The notes: generated by a model not told the origin, from the sequence alone. Shown: positions 1 through 10,143, counted from the stretch's first letter. The stretch: DNA of 64,000 nt from Vulcanimicrobiota bacterium (GCA_963786105.1 CAWAXX010000023.1:192001-256000); one strand, 5' to 3'. A program made the numbers and translations.

Positions 1-64
1 TCCGTATGGCTTTGCGGACCTTCTCCTCGAGCATCGATCCGCCGTTCATGGCATCCGAGTCCAT
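1..64 (-). CDS. 5' end of a gene running off the window (MDSDAMNGGSMLEEKVRKAIR...), product unknown
   Basis: ATG at 64 (minus) preceded by GAGGAGG (70-76) at 5 nt spacing; frame open to window edge; divergent from topA. Confidence 0.45.
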   Translation of the reverse strand, partial: MDSDAMNGGSMLEEKVRKAIR

Positions 65-166
65 TCATTCCTCCTCGTCCCCCGGGGGACGACAAGCGAT
101 TAATCGGATAGCGCTCTTTTGGCGCTTTGAGCGCATCATAGTGGATTTCATCAAATGATGCAAATT

Positions 167-231
167 CGCGCGCACGCGACGCACGCGCGCGCATCGCGCG
201 CACGCGTAGACGCGCGCGCGGCGCGCGTGCG
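167..231. other. Alternating pyrimidine-purine (CG/CA/TG) tract, Z-DNA/cruciform prone
   Basis: cgcgcgcacgcgacgcacgcgcgcgcatcgcgcgcacgcgtagacgcgcgcgcggcgcgcgtgcg in the divergent intergenic region. Confidence 0.7.
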
Positions 232-290
232 AGTTACCCTTATTCCCCGGCGCCTTTTGCGCCGCCGAGTGCGCCATGAGGCCGGGCTCG

Positions 291-320
291 TTGCCCCCGT
301 CTTGACCGGCGGAGTATACT
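291..320 (+). promoter_or_regulatory. Sigma70-type promoter of topA, probably giving a leaderless mRNA
   Basis: TTGCCC (291-296), 18 bp, TATACT (315-320); 7 nt to the GTG at 328. Confidence 0.55.
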
Positions 321-327
321 AAGGCCC

Positions 328-2523
328 GTGAAAAAGCCCTTAATCATCGTCGAATCGCCGACCAAGGCTCGGACGATCAAGAAGTTTTTGCCGGCTCGCT
401 ACGCCGTGAGGGCTTCGGTGGGGCACGTGCGCGATCTGCCCAAGAGTACGCTCGGCGTCGACGTCGATCACGATTTCGCTCCGAGATACCTCACGATAAA
501 AGGTAAGGGCGACGTCATCAAAGAGCTCAAAGCGGCCGTAAAGAGTGCGAGCGAGGTCTACTTGGCGACCGACCCCGATCGCGAAGGCGAAGCGATTGCG
601 TGGCATCTCGCCGAACTGCTGAAGCTACCCAAGCCTAAGCGGATCGAGCTTCACGAGATCACGAAAGACGCCGCACTGGCAGCCTTACGGCACCCCCATG
701 AGATCGACATGGACCGCGTCAACGCACAGCAGGCGCGCCGTATTCTGGATCGTCTGGTCGGCTATAAGATTTCGCCCTTGCTATGGGCAAAGGTGCGCGG
801 AGGATTGTCTGCCGGCCGAGTCCAGTCGGTTGCCGTGAAGCTGATCGTCGATCGCGAGCGCGCGATCGCGGCTTTCGTTCCTCGCGAGTATTGGAGCGTC
901 ACCGCACTGCTCGCGTCCGGCAACGCGCCCGACATGCCGTTCCCGGCCGACCTGGTCGCCCATCGCGGCCAAAAACTCGAAATTACCAACAAGGCACAAG
1001 CCGACGAAGCGCTTCGCGGTCTCGACGGCGCGACGTTCCGGGTGGCATCGGTCAAGAAGCGAGAAGTCAAGCGCAACGCTCCTGCGCCCTTTACGACGTC
1101 GACGCTTCAACAGGAAGCGTCGCGGAAACTCAAGATGCGCGTGCGCCGCGCGATGCAGGTGGCCCAAGCGCTCTACGAAGGCGTGGATCTCGGCGGCAGT
1201 GAGGGTACCGTCGGGCTGATCACGTACATGCGCACGGACTCGACGCGCATCAGCGATCAGGCGCGCGAATCGGCGCGGGAGTTCGTTATTTCAACCTACG
1301 GCGAAGCCTTCCACGGCGGACGCCTGCACAAAGTACGCGAGGGCGCCCAGGACGCGCACGAAGCCATCCGCCCGACCTCCGTCTTCAACACGCCGCAAAA
1401 GGTCGCCGGGCGGCTCAAGCGCGACGAGCTGCGCCTATACACGATGATCTGGGAGCGATTCGTCGCATCGCAGATGTCGGCGGCCGTGCTCGACCAAACG
1501 ACGGTTGACGTGGATGCGAACGCTTACACGTTTCGCGCGACCGGAACCGTCATGCGATTTGCCGGCTTCACCCGCGTCTACGAAGAGGGCAAAGACGACG
1601 ATTCGAGCGAGGCGGCGGCAGACGCGAGCCAAAACGGCGCCGCCGCATCGTCCAAGGTGGCCAAAACTCGCGTCCGTCTGCCGGAGCTGGTCTCCGGCGA
1701 TCCGCTCGACTGCCGTCAGCTCGAGCCGAAGCAGCACTTCACCGAACCGCCGCCGCGGTTTACCGAAGCGACGCTGGTGAAAGCCCTCGAGGATAACGGC
1801 GTCGGGCGGCCGTCCACGTACTCGACGATCGTCGAAACGATCCAGGCGCGCGGATACGTGCTACAGCAAGAGCGTCGCTTCACGCCGACCGAAATCGGGA
1901 CGGCGGTGAACGATTTGCTGGTCGAGCACTTTCCAAAGATCGTCAACCTCGATTTCACCGCCAGCATGGAAGGCGATCTCGACAAGGTGGCCGTCGGCAG
2001 CGAGGACTGGGTGGGACTGTTGCGCAGCTTCTACGGACCGTTTGCCAGCGATCTCGATGCCGCCGAAAAGAAGCTGCCGCGTCTCGAATTGCGCGACGAG
2101 CCGACCGACGAAGTTTGCCCCAACTGCGGACGTCCGATGGTGATCAAGACCGGACGCTTTGGAAAATTCATCTCGTGCTCGGGATATCCCGAGTGCAAAA
2201 CGACCAAACCGATCGTCAAGGACACCGGGGCAAAATGTCCCAAGGACGGCGGCGCGATCGTCGAGCGGCGTTCGAAGAAGGGCCGCACGTTCTATGGATG
2301 CGCGAATTACCCCGCATGCGACTTCGTCTCGTGGGACCGGGTGGTTCGTCAACCGTGTCCGGTTTGCGGTTCGTACGCGGTCGCCAAAACGCGCCGGGGC
2401 GGAGAGGTCCATTTCGAATGTGCGGCCGATCGCGAGCACGACGTCTCGTCAGTAGCGGTCGCACAGAACTCGGGCGATGCCGGCGAGGATGCGGCCAACG
2501 AGCACGAGCTGGCTTCAACGTAA
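328..2523 (+). CDS. topA: DNA topoisomerase I (type IA) with C-terminal Zn ribbons
   Basis: IVESPTKA, ATDPDREGEAIAWHL, SAGRVQS, ITYMRTDS (catalytic Tyr), AQDAHEAIRPT, C4 zinc fingers. Confidence 0.98.
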   Translation: MKKPLIIVESPTKARTIKKFLPARYAVRASVGHVRDLPKSTLGVDVDHDFAPRYLTIKGKGDVIKELKAAVKSASEVYLATDPDREGEAIAWHLAELLKLPKPKRIELHEITKDAALAALRHPHEIDMDRVNAQQARRILDRLVGYKISPLLWAKVRGGLSAGRVQSVAVKLIVDRERAIAAFVPREYWSVTALLASGNAPDMPFPADLVAHRGQKLEITNKAQADEALRGLDGATFRVASVKKREVKRNAPAPFTTSTLQQEASRKLKMRVRRAMQVAQALYEGVDLGGSEGTVGLITYMRTDSTRISDQARESAREFVISTYGEAFHGGRLHKVREGAQDAHEAIRPTSVFNTPQKVAGRLKRDELRLYTMIWERFVASQMSAAVLDQTTVDVDANAYTFRATGTVMRFAGFTRVYEEGKDDDSSEAAADASQNGAAASSKVAKTRVRLPELVSGDPLDCRQLEPKQHFTEPPPRFTEATLVKALEDNGVGRPSTYSTIVETIQARGYVLQQERRFTPTEIGTAVNDLLVEHFPKIVNLDFTASMEGDLDKVAVGSEDWVGLLRSFYGPFASDLDAAEKKLPRLELRDEPTDEVCPNCGRPMVIKTGRFGKFISCSGYPECKTTKPIVKDTGAKCPKDGGAIVERRSKKGRTFYGCANYPACDFVSWDRVVRQPCPVCGSYAVAKTRRGGEVHFECAADREHDVSSVAVAQNSGDAGEDAANEHELAST

Positions 2524-3904
2524 CCACAGCCGAGCGCGGCTGACGGTTATCGGCGGCGGCCTCGCCGGCTGTGAGGCGGCGTGGCAGGCTGCGCGCGCTG
2601 GGGTTGAGGTCGACCTTTACGAGATGCGCCCAAATCGCAGCGGACCGGCGCATAAGACGGCCGGTCTGGCCGAGCTGGTGTGCAGCAACTCCCTGCGGGG
2701 TGCATCGCTCGAGAATGCCGTGGGACTGCTCAAGGAAGAACTCGCGCGCCTCGACTCGATCATCGTGGGCTGCGCGCGAGAGACTGCCGTACCTGCCGGC
2801 GGCGCGCTGGCGGTCGACCGCGAACGCTTTTCGGCGGCCGTGGAGTTACGTTTGAAGAGCAGCCCGCGGATCACGCTGCGTCGCGAGGAGATGCACGCCG
2901 TTCCACGGGACCGCCCGGTCGTCGTCGCATGCGGTCCACTGCCGAGCGACGCAGTCTTGGCCGACCTCGATGCGCTGCTGCGCGACGTGCCGGCCGAGGG
3001 AGCGCATCGAAGGCGACTGCACTACTACGATGCGGCGTCGCCGATCGTCGCCGCCGATTCGATCGACGAAGGGCCGATGTATCGGAAGTCGCGCTACGAA
3101 AAGGGCGACGGCGACGACTATCTCAACATTCCGCTGGATCGCGAGCAGTATCTGCAACTCGTTGCCGACTTACGCACGATGGAGCGCCACCGCCCCAAGG
3201 ATTTCGAAAACGGCGATGCGGCTACTCGATACTTCGAGGGCTGCTTACCGATTGAGGAGATGGCCGACCGCGGAGAGGATACCTTGCGGTTCGGACCGCT
3301 CAAACCCGTTGGATTGCGCGATCCTCGCACCGGGAAGACGCCGTATGCGGTGGTGCAACTTCGTAAAGAGAACGCCGAAGGCTCGGCGTTCAATTTGGTC
3401 GGCTTTCAAACGCGCTTGGCGTGGCCCTCGCAAAAGGCCGCGTTTGAAAAACTGCCGGGCCTGCAGAAGGCCGAATGGCTGCGTTTGGGCGTCGTCCACC
3501 GTAACACGTTTATCGATTCGCCTCGGGTGCTGGATTCGCGCTTGAAGCTACGCGGAGCGCCGGAGGTGTACTTCGCGGGACAGATCACCGGCGCGGAGGG
3601 CTACGTCGAGGCGGCCGCGTGCGGCGCCATGACCGGCATCCACGCGGCGCGGGGGATCCTCGGGTTGCGTCCGGCCGAATTTCCTCGTGAGAGCGCGTTC
3701 GGCGCGGTTGTGGCGCACCTGCAAAACCAAGCGACGCACGATTTTCAACCGGCGAACGTCACCTGGGCGCCGTTTCCACCGCTGGAAAGCCACGTTCGCG
3801 ACAAAAAACAGCGTCGCACCGCGCTGGCGGAACGCGCCCTGGCGGCGATCGGCGCCATGGCCGAAAGACTCGAGCGCGAGCGCGCGGTCGCGGCCGTCGT
3901 ATGA
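2477..3904 (+). CDS. trmFO: Folate/FAD-dependent tRNA m5U54 methyltransferase TrmFO (start uncertain, 2477 or 2489)
   Basis: [49 protein letters not shown]; follows topA. Confidence 0.95.
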   Translation: MPARMRPTSTSWLQRNHSRARLTVIGGGLAGCEAAWQAARAGVEVDLYEMRPNRSGPAHKTAGLAELVCSNSLRGASLENAVGLLKEELARLDSIIVGCARETAVPAGGALAVDRERFSAAVELRLKSSPRITLRREEMHAVPRDRPVVVACGPLPSDAVLADLDALLRDVPAEGAHRRRLHYYDAASPIVAADSIDEGPMYRKSRYEKGDGDDYLNIPLDREQYLQLVADLRTMERHRPKDFENGDAATRYFEGCLPIEEMADRGEDTLRFGPLKPVGLRDPRTGKTPYAVVQLRKENAEGSAFNLVGFQTRLAWPSQKAAFEKLPGLQKAEWLRLGVVHRNTFIDSPRVLDSRLKLRGAPEVYFAGQITGAEGYVEAAACGAMTGIHAARGILGLRPAEFPRESAFGAVVAHLQNQATHDFQPANVTWAPFPPLESHVRDKKQRRTALAERALAAIGAMAERLERERAVAAVV

Positions 3905-3939
3905 AACCCCGCATCGGCCGTCCGGGTAGAGGTTCCTTG

Positions 3940-4470
3940 ATGAAGATCCGATCCACGACGATTCTTGCGGTCAGGCGCGACGGAAAACTCGCGGTTGCCG
4001 GCGACGGCCAGGTAACGCTCGACAAAACGATCGTCAAGCACAGCGCACGCAAGGTCCGCAAGATCGCCGGCGGCAGGGTTTTGGCCGGGTTCGCCGGCTC
4101 GGCTGCCGACGGAATCACGCTGCTCGAAAAATTTGAAAACAAGTTCGGCGAATATAAAGACCTCACGCGGGCGGCGGTCGAGTTGGCCAAGGATTGGCGT
4201 CAGGATCGCGCGCTGCGCCGATTGGAGGCGCTCCTGATCGTCGGCAACCCGGAGCACCTGTTCGTGCTGTCCGGTACCGGCGACGTGATCGAGCCCGACG
4301 AGGGCGTCGCAGCCATCGGGAGCGGCGGTCCCTATGCTCAAGCTGCCGCTGCAGCCCTACTAAGGAACTCGTCGTTAAGCGCCGCGGACATCGCTCGCAA
4401 AGCGTTGGAAATCGCCGCCGAGATTTGTATCTACACCAACGACGACATCATCGTGGAGACGCTCCTGTGA
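3940..4470 (+). CDS. hslV: ATP-dependent protease peptidase subunit HslV
   Basis: [11 protein letters not shown] (N-terminal Thr nucleophile), [26 protein letters not shown] upstream of ATG 3940. Confidence 0.97.
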   Translation: MKIRSTTILAVRRDGKLAVAGDGQVTLDKTIVKHSARKVRKIAGGRVLAGFAGSAADGITLLEKFENKFGEYKDLTRAAVELAKDWRQDRALRRLEALLIVGNPEHLFVLSGTGDVIEPDEGVAAIGSGGPYAQAAAAALLRNSSLSAADIARKALEIAAEICIYTNDDIIVETLL

Positions 4471-5927
4471 CCGCTACCTCCACTGCGGCGACGACGCTCG
4501 ATCCCAGCACGCTGACGCCGCGGCAAATCGTTGCCGAGCTCGACAAGTACATCGTCGGTCAAGCCAAAGCTAAGCGCTCGGTCGCTATCGCATTGAGGAA
4601 CCGATCCCGCCGGGCGCGGGCACGCGAAGACCTGCGCGATGAGATCACGCCGAAGAACATTCTGATGATCGGCCCAACGGGAGTCGGCAAGACGGAGATC
4701 GCCCGCCGGCTGGCTGGATTGGTCGGCGCGCCGTTCGTGAAAGTCGAGGCCACGAAGTACACGGAGGTCGGTTACGTGGGTCGCGACGTCGAGTCGATGG
4801 TACGCGATTTAGTGGAAGCGTCGGTACGCACGGTTACCGACGAGCGGCGCGAAGAGGTTCGCGAACTCGCACGGCAGCAAGCGGTCGAACGACTGATCGA
4901 CGCGCTCCATCCGGAGACGCGTGCGCCGTCGGCGCATCCGCAGGGGAATGCGTTCACGGCGACGCTCGGGTCGATTTTCGGAAGCAACTTCAATCCCCAA
5001 CAACAGCAGCAGGCGCCTCCCCCGGCGCCCCCGGGGAGCCCGTCGGCCGAAACGCAACACGTTCGCGAGCAAACGCGCTCGGAAATCGAGCGCGGCTTCT
5101 ACGACGTGCGGCTGATCGAGATCGAAGTCGAAGAATCGGCGAGTCTTCCGATCGGGGTGATCGGCGGCATGGATCAGGGCGGGGGCGCGGATATCGGCGA
5201 GATGCTCGGCGGCATCCTGCCCAAACGGCGCAGCAAGAAACGCGTTACCGTCGCGGAAGCTCGGCGCATCTTCGAACAGGAGGAAGCCCAAAAGCTTATC
5301 GACATGGACGCCGTCAAACGCGAGGCACTTCGGCGCGCTGCCGAAGACGGCATAATTTTCATCGACGAAATCGACAAAGTCGCCGGTCAGGGGGCGCGCG
5401 GCGGTCCGGACGTCTCACGCGAGGGCGTCCAACGCGACATTCTGCCGATCGTGGAAGGCTCGACGGTAAACACGAAATACGGGCCGGTAAAAACCGACCA
5501 CGTGCTGTTCATCGCCGCCGGTGCGTTTCACATCAGCAAGCCGTCGGACTTGATCCCGGAGTTGCAGGGCCGCTTTCCGATTCGCGTCGAGTTGGACTCG
5601 CTCACCGCGGAGGATTTCAAGACGATTCTCACCCAGCCGAAGAATGCGCTCGTGGAACAGTACAAGGCGCTACTCGCAACCGAGAACGTCACGCTGGATT
5701 TCCAGGCGGAGGCGATCGACCAGATCGCGACCTTCGCAATGCGCGTCAACGAAACCAGCGAGAACATTGGCGCGCGCCGCCTTCACACCGTGTTGGAGCG
5801 TCTTCTGGAGGACGTGAGCTTTGCCGCTCCCGAGGAAGCGGGGACCTACGTCATCGATGCAGCCTACGTCCGCGAGCGGCTGCAAGGGATCGTGGAGAAC
5901 GCCGACCTATCCGGGTACATCCTTTAA
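4467..5927 (+). CDS. hslU: ATP-dependent protease ATPase subunit HslU
   Basis: GTG overlapping hslV stop; [50 protein letters not shown]-terminal YIL. Confidence 0.97.
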   Translation: MTATSTAATTLDPSTLTPRQIVAELDKYIVGQAKAKRSVAIALRNRSRRARAREDLRDEITPKNILMIGPTGVGKTEIARRLAGLVGAPFVKVEATKYTEVGYVGRDVESMVRDLVEASVRTVTDERREEVRELARQQAVERLIDALHPETRAPSAHPQGNAFTATLGSIFGSNFNPQQQQQAPPPAPPGSPSAETQHVREQTRSEIERGFYDVRLIEIEVEESASLPIGVIGGMDQGGGADIGEMLGGILPKRRSKKRVTVAEARRIFEQEEAQKLIDMDAVKREALRRAAEDGIIFIDEIDKVAGQGARGGPDVSREGVQRDILPIVEGSTVNTKYGPVKTDHVLFIAAGAFHISKPSDLIPELQGRFPIRVELDSLTAEDFKTILTQPKNALVEQYKALLATENVTLDFQAEAIDQIATFAMRVNETSENIGARRLHTVLERLLEDVSFAAPEEAGTYVIDAAYVRERLQGIVENADLSGYIL

Positions 5928-5982
5928 TCCCAATCCCATCTGCTGGGGAGGTCCCAGCGAGGGTCCGATAGGACTTTCCACC

Positions 5983-6447
5983 ATGAAGAAGTCACTCGTC
6001 TTTCTCTTCGCCGCCGCTCTCACCACCGCACTAACGGCCGGCTGCAACAGCAACAATAACAATAACAATAACGGCTTCGGCACGGCGTGCGGCGCGCCGC
6101 CGAAGGGCTTTCAGATGCTGTACCCGCGGAATAATGCGGGAAAGATTCCTCCCGGCAACGCGAACGCGATTTACGTCGCCTTCAACCCGCCGCTCGTCGT
6201 AGGGAACTCGTATAATCTTCTTGCCTCTCAGAGCAACGGCAACCAACAATTTACGAACGTTTTCGCAACCTACACGGGACCGATTCCGAGCCCGCACAAT
6301 AGCCCTTCGCCCGGCTCTACCGTCTACGTTTCGCAGGTCACGGTGAGCCCGATCGGACCGCTGCAAACGGTGAATCTCTTCTGGAACAACGGCGGAACCG
6401 GCTGCACGCCAAACGTCATCATCGGTACGTTCACGACCAGCCAGTAG
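5983..6447 (+). CDS. Hypothetical lipoprotein with Asn-rich linker
   Basis: MKKSLVFLFAAALTTALTAG-C lipobox followed by NSNNNNNNN. Confidence 0.8.
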   Translation: MKKSLVFLFAAALTTALTAGCNSNNNNNNNGFGTACGAPPKGFQMLYPRNNAGKIPPGNANAIYVAFNPPLVVGNSYNLLASQSNGNQQFTNVFATYTGPIPSPHNSPSPGSTVYVSQVTVSPIGPLQTVNLFWNNGGTGCTPNVIIGTFTTSQ

Positions 6448-6451
6448 CACG

Positions 6452-6605
6452 ATGGGCGCATCCAAACCCCGCGCCACCTTCGGGACGTTCGCGTTTTCGC
6501 GTCCGTGCGAAAACGCTACTCGGCTGGCGCGTCGCTCTCGGCCTCCATGCCTCCGCTCCGCGTCCAGACGCCCTCAGGTCTGCGCGGGGTTTGGATGCGC
6601 GCCAT
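6452..6605. repeat. Structured REP-like cassette, copy A
   Basis: Perfect 19-bp inverted repeat 6456-6474/6582-6600 enclosing hairpin GCGTTTTCGC-GTCCGT-GCGAAAACGC (6491-6516); core recurs at 30679 and 30749. Confidence 0.8.
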
Positions 6606-6628
6606 TTACTCCGCGTGCAGCGGCCCTC

Positions 6629-6727
6629 GTCCTTCGACTGCGCTCGCTGCGCTCGCTCCGCTCGGGATGACACAGAGAGCTCGCTCCAGGATGACACCCA
6701 GAGAGAGCGCTGCGCACAGGATGACAC
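6629..6727. repeat. Half-REP-like repeats ending GGATGACAC
   Basis: ccttcgactgcgctcgctgcgctcgctccgctcgggatgaca, with GGATGACAC at 6665, 6689 and 6719; resembles the widespread GTCATCCTGAGCG...CTCAGGATGAC palindromic intergenic elements. Confidence 0.55.
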
Positions 6728-6754
6728 GGGGGCGCGGGCTTGGAATAGTGGGCC

Positions 6755-7303
6755 ATGCCCTACGTCCGCGAGATCATTACCGACGGCCATCCAACGCTGA
6801 GGAAGGTTGCGAAGAAGGTCGATCCCAGAGAGATTAGCGATCCGCTTTTCCAGCAGCTCGTCGACGACATGTTCGAAACGATGTATGCCGCGCCGGGGGT
6901 CGGCTTGGCCGCGCCGCAAGTGAACGTCTCAAAGCGTTTCTTCGTGATCGACGTGCGCGACGACAAACATCCGCCGGAGGTCGTAATCAATCCCAAGATC
7001 GAGCTGGCCGAAGAGGAAGTCGAGTTGACGGAAGGATGTCTGTCGGTACCCGGGATGGTCGGTGATATCGTGCGCTTCAAGCGCATCGCGGTTAGCGGCT
7101 TGGACCGCGAAGGGAACAAGATCCGTTTGGAAGGCGAGGGCCTGTTCGCGCAGTGCTTGCAACACGAGATCGGCCATCTCAACGGTGAGCTGTACGTCGA
7201 CAAAGCGCGCGACGTGCGCCCGGCCCTGACGGAAGAGGAGGAGGCAGCCGCCGAAGGCGGCGTGCCCGAGGTTGGCGAGGGCGTCACGGCGGAAGCCCAT
7301 TAA
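6755..7303 (+). CDS. def: Peptide deformylase
   Basis: GVGLAAPQ, EGCLS, QHEIGHLNG. Confidence 0.96.
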   Translation: MPYVREIITDGHPTLRKVAKKVDPREISDPLFQQLVDDMFETMYAAPGVGLAAPQVNVSKRFFVIDVRDDKHPPEVVINPKIELAEEEVELTEGCLSVPGMVGDIVRFKRIAVSGLDREGNKIRLEGEGLFAQCLQHEIGHLNGELYVDKARDVRPALTEEEEAAAEGGVPEVGEGVTAEAH

Positions 7304-8150
7304 CTCCGACCGGCTGCGCACGCTCTTCTTCGGAACCAGCGCATTTGCGGTGCCGAGCCTGCACGTCACCGCTGCGCGTACCAAACTCGAAGGCGTGGTG
7401 ACGCAACCCGACCGCCCTGCCGGGCGCGGGCATAAACTTACGCCATCCCCGGTAAAGAAGGCGGCGCTCGCCCTTGGCCTGCGCGTTTACGAGCCCGTGC
7501 GTCTGCGGCCATTTGCCGGCGACATCGCCAGCGCGCCGTTCGATCTCTTCGCACTGGCTTCGTACGGAAGAATTTTACCGCAAGCCCTACTGGACATACC
7601 GCGCTTGGGAGCGCTCAACGTGCATCCATCGCTCTTGCCGAAGTATCGCGGCGCTACCCCGATACCGTCGGTGTTGCGAAACGGCGAGCGGCGGACCGGG
7701 GTAAGCATCATGCTGATGGATGAAGGAATGGACACCGGCGAAATCGTGCGCCAGGTACCCGTCGACATCGAACCGGGCGAAACATACGGCGAGCTGCACG
7801 ATCGTCTCGCAATGATCGGTGCCGAGTTGCTCGAGCAGGTACTCGATCTCGCGACGGAGGGAAATCTCACCAGCCATCCTCAACTCGGCGATTCCAGTTC
7901 CACTTCGCCGACTCACAAAGACGATCTCTTTATCGACTGGTCGTGGCCGGCGGAGCGCGTCGTCGATCACGTGCGTGCCTTCTCACCGCAGCCGGCCGCG
8001 CGCGCCATTATCGACGGCGAGACGGTAAAAGTTCTGCGCGCGCACGTCGCTCCGGACGGCACCCTGGCGATCGACGAACTCGTCGCCCCGAATCGCGGCA
8101 AGATGAGCGGCGACGAATACCGACGATGGCGCCGGGGCCGTACGCGGTGA
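7272..8150 (+). CDS. fmt: Methionyl-tRNA formyltransferase (short C-domain; start uncertain)
   Basis: FFGTSAFA, VTQPDRPAGRG, NVHPSLLPKYRGATP, MDTG; between def and rsmB. Confidence 0.95.
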   Translation: MARASRRKPINSDRLRTLFFGTSAFAVPSLHVTAARTKLEGVVTQPDRPAGRGHKLTPSPVKKAALALGLRVYEPVRLRPFAGDIASAPFDLFALASYGRILPQALLDIPRLGALNVHPSLLPKYRGATPIPSVLRNGERRTGVSIMLMDEGMDTGEIVRQVPVDIEPGETYGELHDRLAMIGAELLEQVLDLATEGNLTSHPQLGDSSSTSPTHKDDLFIDWSWPAERVVDHVRAFSPQPAARAIIDGETVKVLRAHVAPDGTLAIDELVAPNRGKMSGDEYRRWRRGRTR

Positions 8151-9481
8151 GCGCGCGCCGGATCGCGCTGGCGGTCCTGCGCGACGTCTTCCCGCCTGCC
8201 GGGTCGCGGGTAACCGAGCGGGGAGCGCAGGAGTCGCTCGATTATCGAGTGCGACAAGGGCACGCTGGGGCGCGCGACCGCGCGTTTGCGACCGAGCTGG
8301 CCTACGGATCGATCAAGATGCGGCGTACGCTCGACTGGTATCTCGCGCCGTTCTTGGGCGAACGAGCCGCATCGCTCCCGGCCACCATTCGCGAGATCTT
8401 GCGGCTAGCCGTGTACGAACTCGCCTACACGCGGCCCGACGCGCATGCCACCGTCTTCGAATTCGTCAACCTTGCGAAGCGGTTCGGACACCGCGGCGTA
8501 GCGAATCTCGTAAACGCGGTTTTGCGATCGTTTCTTCGCGAGCCGCCTGCCCCGCCGCAACGCGACCGTTTTGAAGCCGTCGACGATTACCTCGGGACGC
8601 GATATTCGCTGCCGAACTGGCTCGCTCACCAATGGCGCGAAGTCTTCGACGAGCGCGCCGAAGCGGTATGCTCCGCAGTGAACGATCCGGCTCGCGTCGC
8701 CCTGACGGTCAACACGTTGCGAGAAACGCGGGAGACTTCGGCCGCGCGGCTGCTCGATGCCGGCATCGTCACGTCGCCGTCGGCGGTGGTTGCCGATTCG
8801 TTGCTGCTCGAGAGCGGCGGCGGCAGCTTGCCGGCACTCGAGTCCGAAGCGCGGGGCGACTGGTGGATCCAGTCCGAGAGCTCGGCGATGGTCGCCGGCA
8901 TACTCGACCCTCAGCCCGGTGAAGCGATCGTCGACGTTTGCAGCGGACGGGGAAACAAGGCGCTGCAGATCGGCGCACGGCTAGCGGGTGACGGGACGCT
9001 GGCATGTATCGAACGCGATGCGCGCAAAGCCGCCATTCTGGCAGGGCGCCTGGAAACGAGCGGGATCGCGGGCGAGGTCGTCGTGGGGGATGCCACTAGC
9101 GATGTGCGCGTTACGCCTCAGTTCGACCGAGCCTTGATCGACGCGCCGTGCTCCGGGGTCGGCGTCGTCGGGCGCCACCCGGAGGCACGCTGGAAGAAGC
9201 AAGGCACCGACGGCGAACGCCTGGCGTTGACGCAGCGCGCCCTTTTGGAACGAACGGCGCTCCGCGTTCGCGCCGGCGGTACGCTCGTGTATGCCGTCTG
9301 CTCGACCGATCCACGCGAGACGACGGAAGTGATGCGATGGTTTTTGTCTCGGGAGAACTTCGAACGCGGCTCGATCCCAAAAGCGTACGAATCGTTCTTG
9401 ACGGCCGTGGGTGACGTTCTGATTCCGCCGGGGATTGCCGGACGCGACGGCTTTTACATCGCGCGTTTGGAACGCCGGTGA
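8147..9481 (+). CDS. rsmB: 16S rRNA m5C967 methyltransferase RsmB (NusB-like + MTase)
   Basis: GTG overlapping fmt stop; TELAYG, NAVLR, DVCSGRGNK, DAPCSGVG, YAVCS, DGFYIA. Confidence 0.92.
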   Translation: MSARRIALAVLRDVFPPAGSRVTERGAQESLDYRVRQGHAGARDRAFATELAYGSIKMRRTLDWYLAPFLGERAASLPATIREILRLAVYELAYTRPDAHATVFEFVNLAKRFGHRGVANLVNAVLRSFLREPPAPPQRDRFEAVDDYLGTRYSLPNWLAHQWREVFDERAEAVCSAVNDPARVALTVNTLRETRETSAARLLDAGIVTSPSAVVADSLLLESGGGSLPALESEARGDWWIQSESSAMVAGILDPQPGEAIVDVCSGRGNKALQIGARLAGDGTLACIERDARKAAILAGRLETSGIAGEVVVGDATSDVRVTPQFDRALIDAPCSGVGVVGRHPEARWKKQGTDGERLALTQRALLERTALRVRAGGTLVYAVCSTDPRETTEVMRWFLSRENFERGSIPKAYESFLTAVGDVLIPPGIAGRDGFYIARLERR

Positions 9482-10137
9482 GCATCTTCGAAAAGATCGA
9501 GCGCGCCTGCGCGGCATTCATCGAGCGCAGCTTTGCCAAGACGTTCCCCAGCGACCTCGAGCCCGCGCAAATCGCACGCAAGCTGGTGTCGACGATGGAA
9601 GCTCGCACGCGCAGCGAGGAAGGCCGGCTGCTTGCCCCGGGGTGGTACGTTGCCCGCGTCAATCCCGAGGATTTCGAACGGCTCGCCCCACATCAGGTCT
9701 ATCTCGAGCGGGAATGGGCGGCGCTGCTCGACGATCTTGCTGCGCGGGTCGGCATTACTTTTTCGGAGGGCAGCGCGAGCGTGAAGATGAGCCCGCGGCG
9801 AGACGTGCCGGTGGGTGCCGTCGACGTGGCCGCCGGCGCACCCAAGCGCTTTGCACTCAGAATGATCAAAGGTGTATCCCCATTTGGGGTATACTCGTTG
9901 GAGGGTGAGGCGCGCATCGGGCGGGCCGATGAATGCGACGTCCATCTGGCGGATCCAAGCGTTTCGCGGGCGCACGCAGTCGTCGAAACCGTCGGCGACG
10001 AACCGATCGTGCGCGATCTCGGTTCGACGAACGGGACGTTCGTGAACGGCCAGCGCATAGAAACGAAAACGTTGCACGACGGGGACGAGTTGAGGTTTGG
10101 AAACACGCGCATGCAGTTCGAAGAAAGCCGGGAATAG
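9478..10137 (+). CDS. fhaA: FhaA-like protein (DUF3662-like + FHA domain)
   Basis: N-terminal FAKTFPSDLEPAQIARKL; FHA motifs IGR, VSRAHA, DLGSTNGT. Confidence 0.85.
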   Translation: MSIFEKIERACAAFIERSFAKTFPSDLEPAQIARKLVSTMEARTRSEEGRLLAPGWYVARVNPEDFERLAPHQVYLEREWAALLDDLAARVGITFSEGSASVKMSPRRDVPVGAVDVAAGAPKRFALRMIKGVSPFGVYSLEGEARIGRADECDVHLADPSVSRAHAVVETVGDEPIVRDLGSTNGTFVNGQRIETKTLHDGDELRFGNTRMQFEESRE

Positions 10138-10143
10138 CGGGAC

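Noticed and set aside
65..277. 70-aa Arg/Ala-rich ORF
   Set aside because: Translation of the CG-alternating tract and promoter region; no protein features
6046..6072. AAC/AAT run as a phase-variation switch
   Set aside because: Triplet-based and in frame; only changes Asn linker length
6665..6727. GGATGACAC x3 as a mini CRISPR array
   Set aside because: Repeat only about 9 bp, spacers short and similar to each other, no cas genes
6431..6919. Several short ORFs across the intergenic repeats
   Set aside because: They overlap palindromic repeats and def; no motifs
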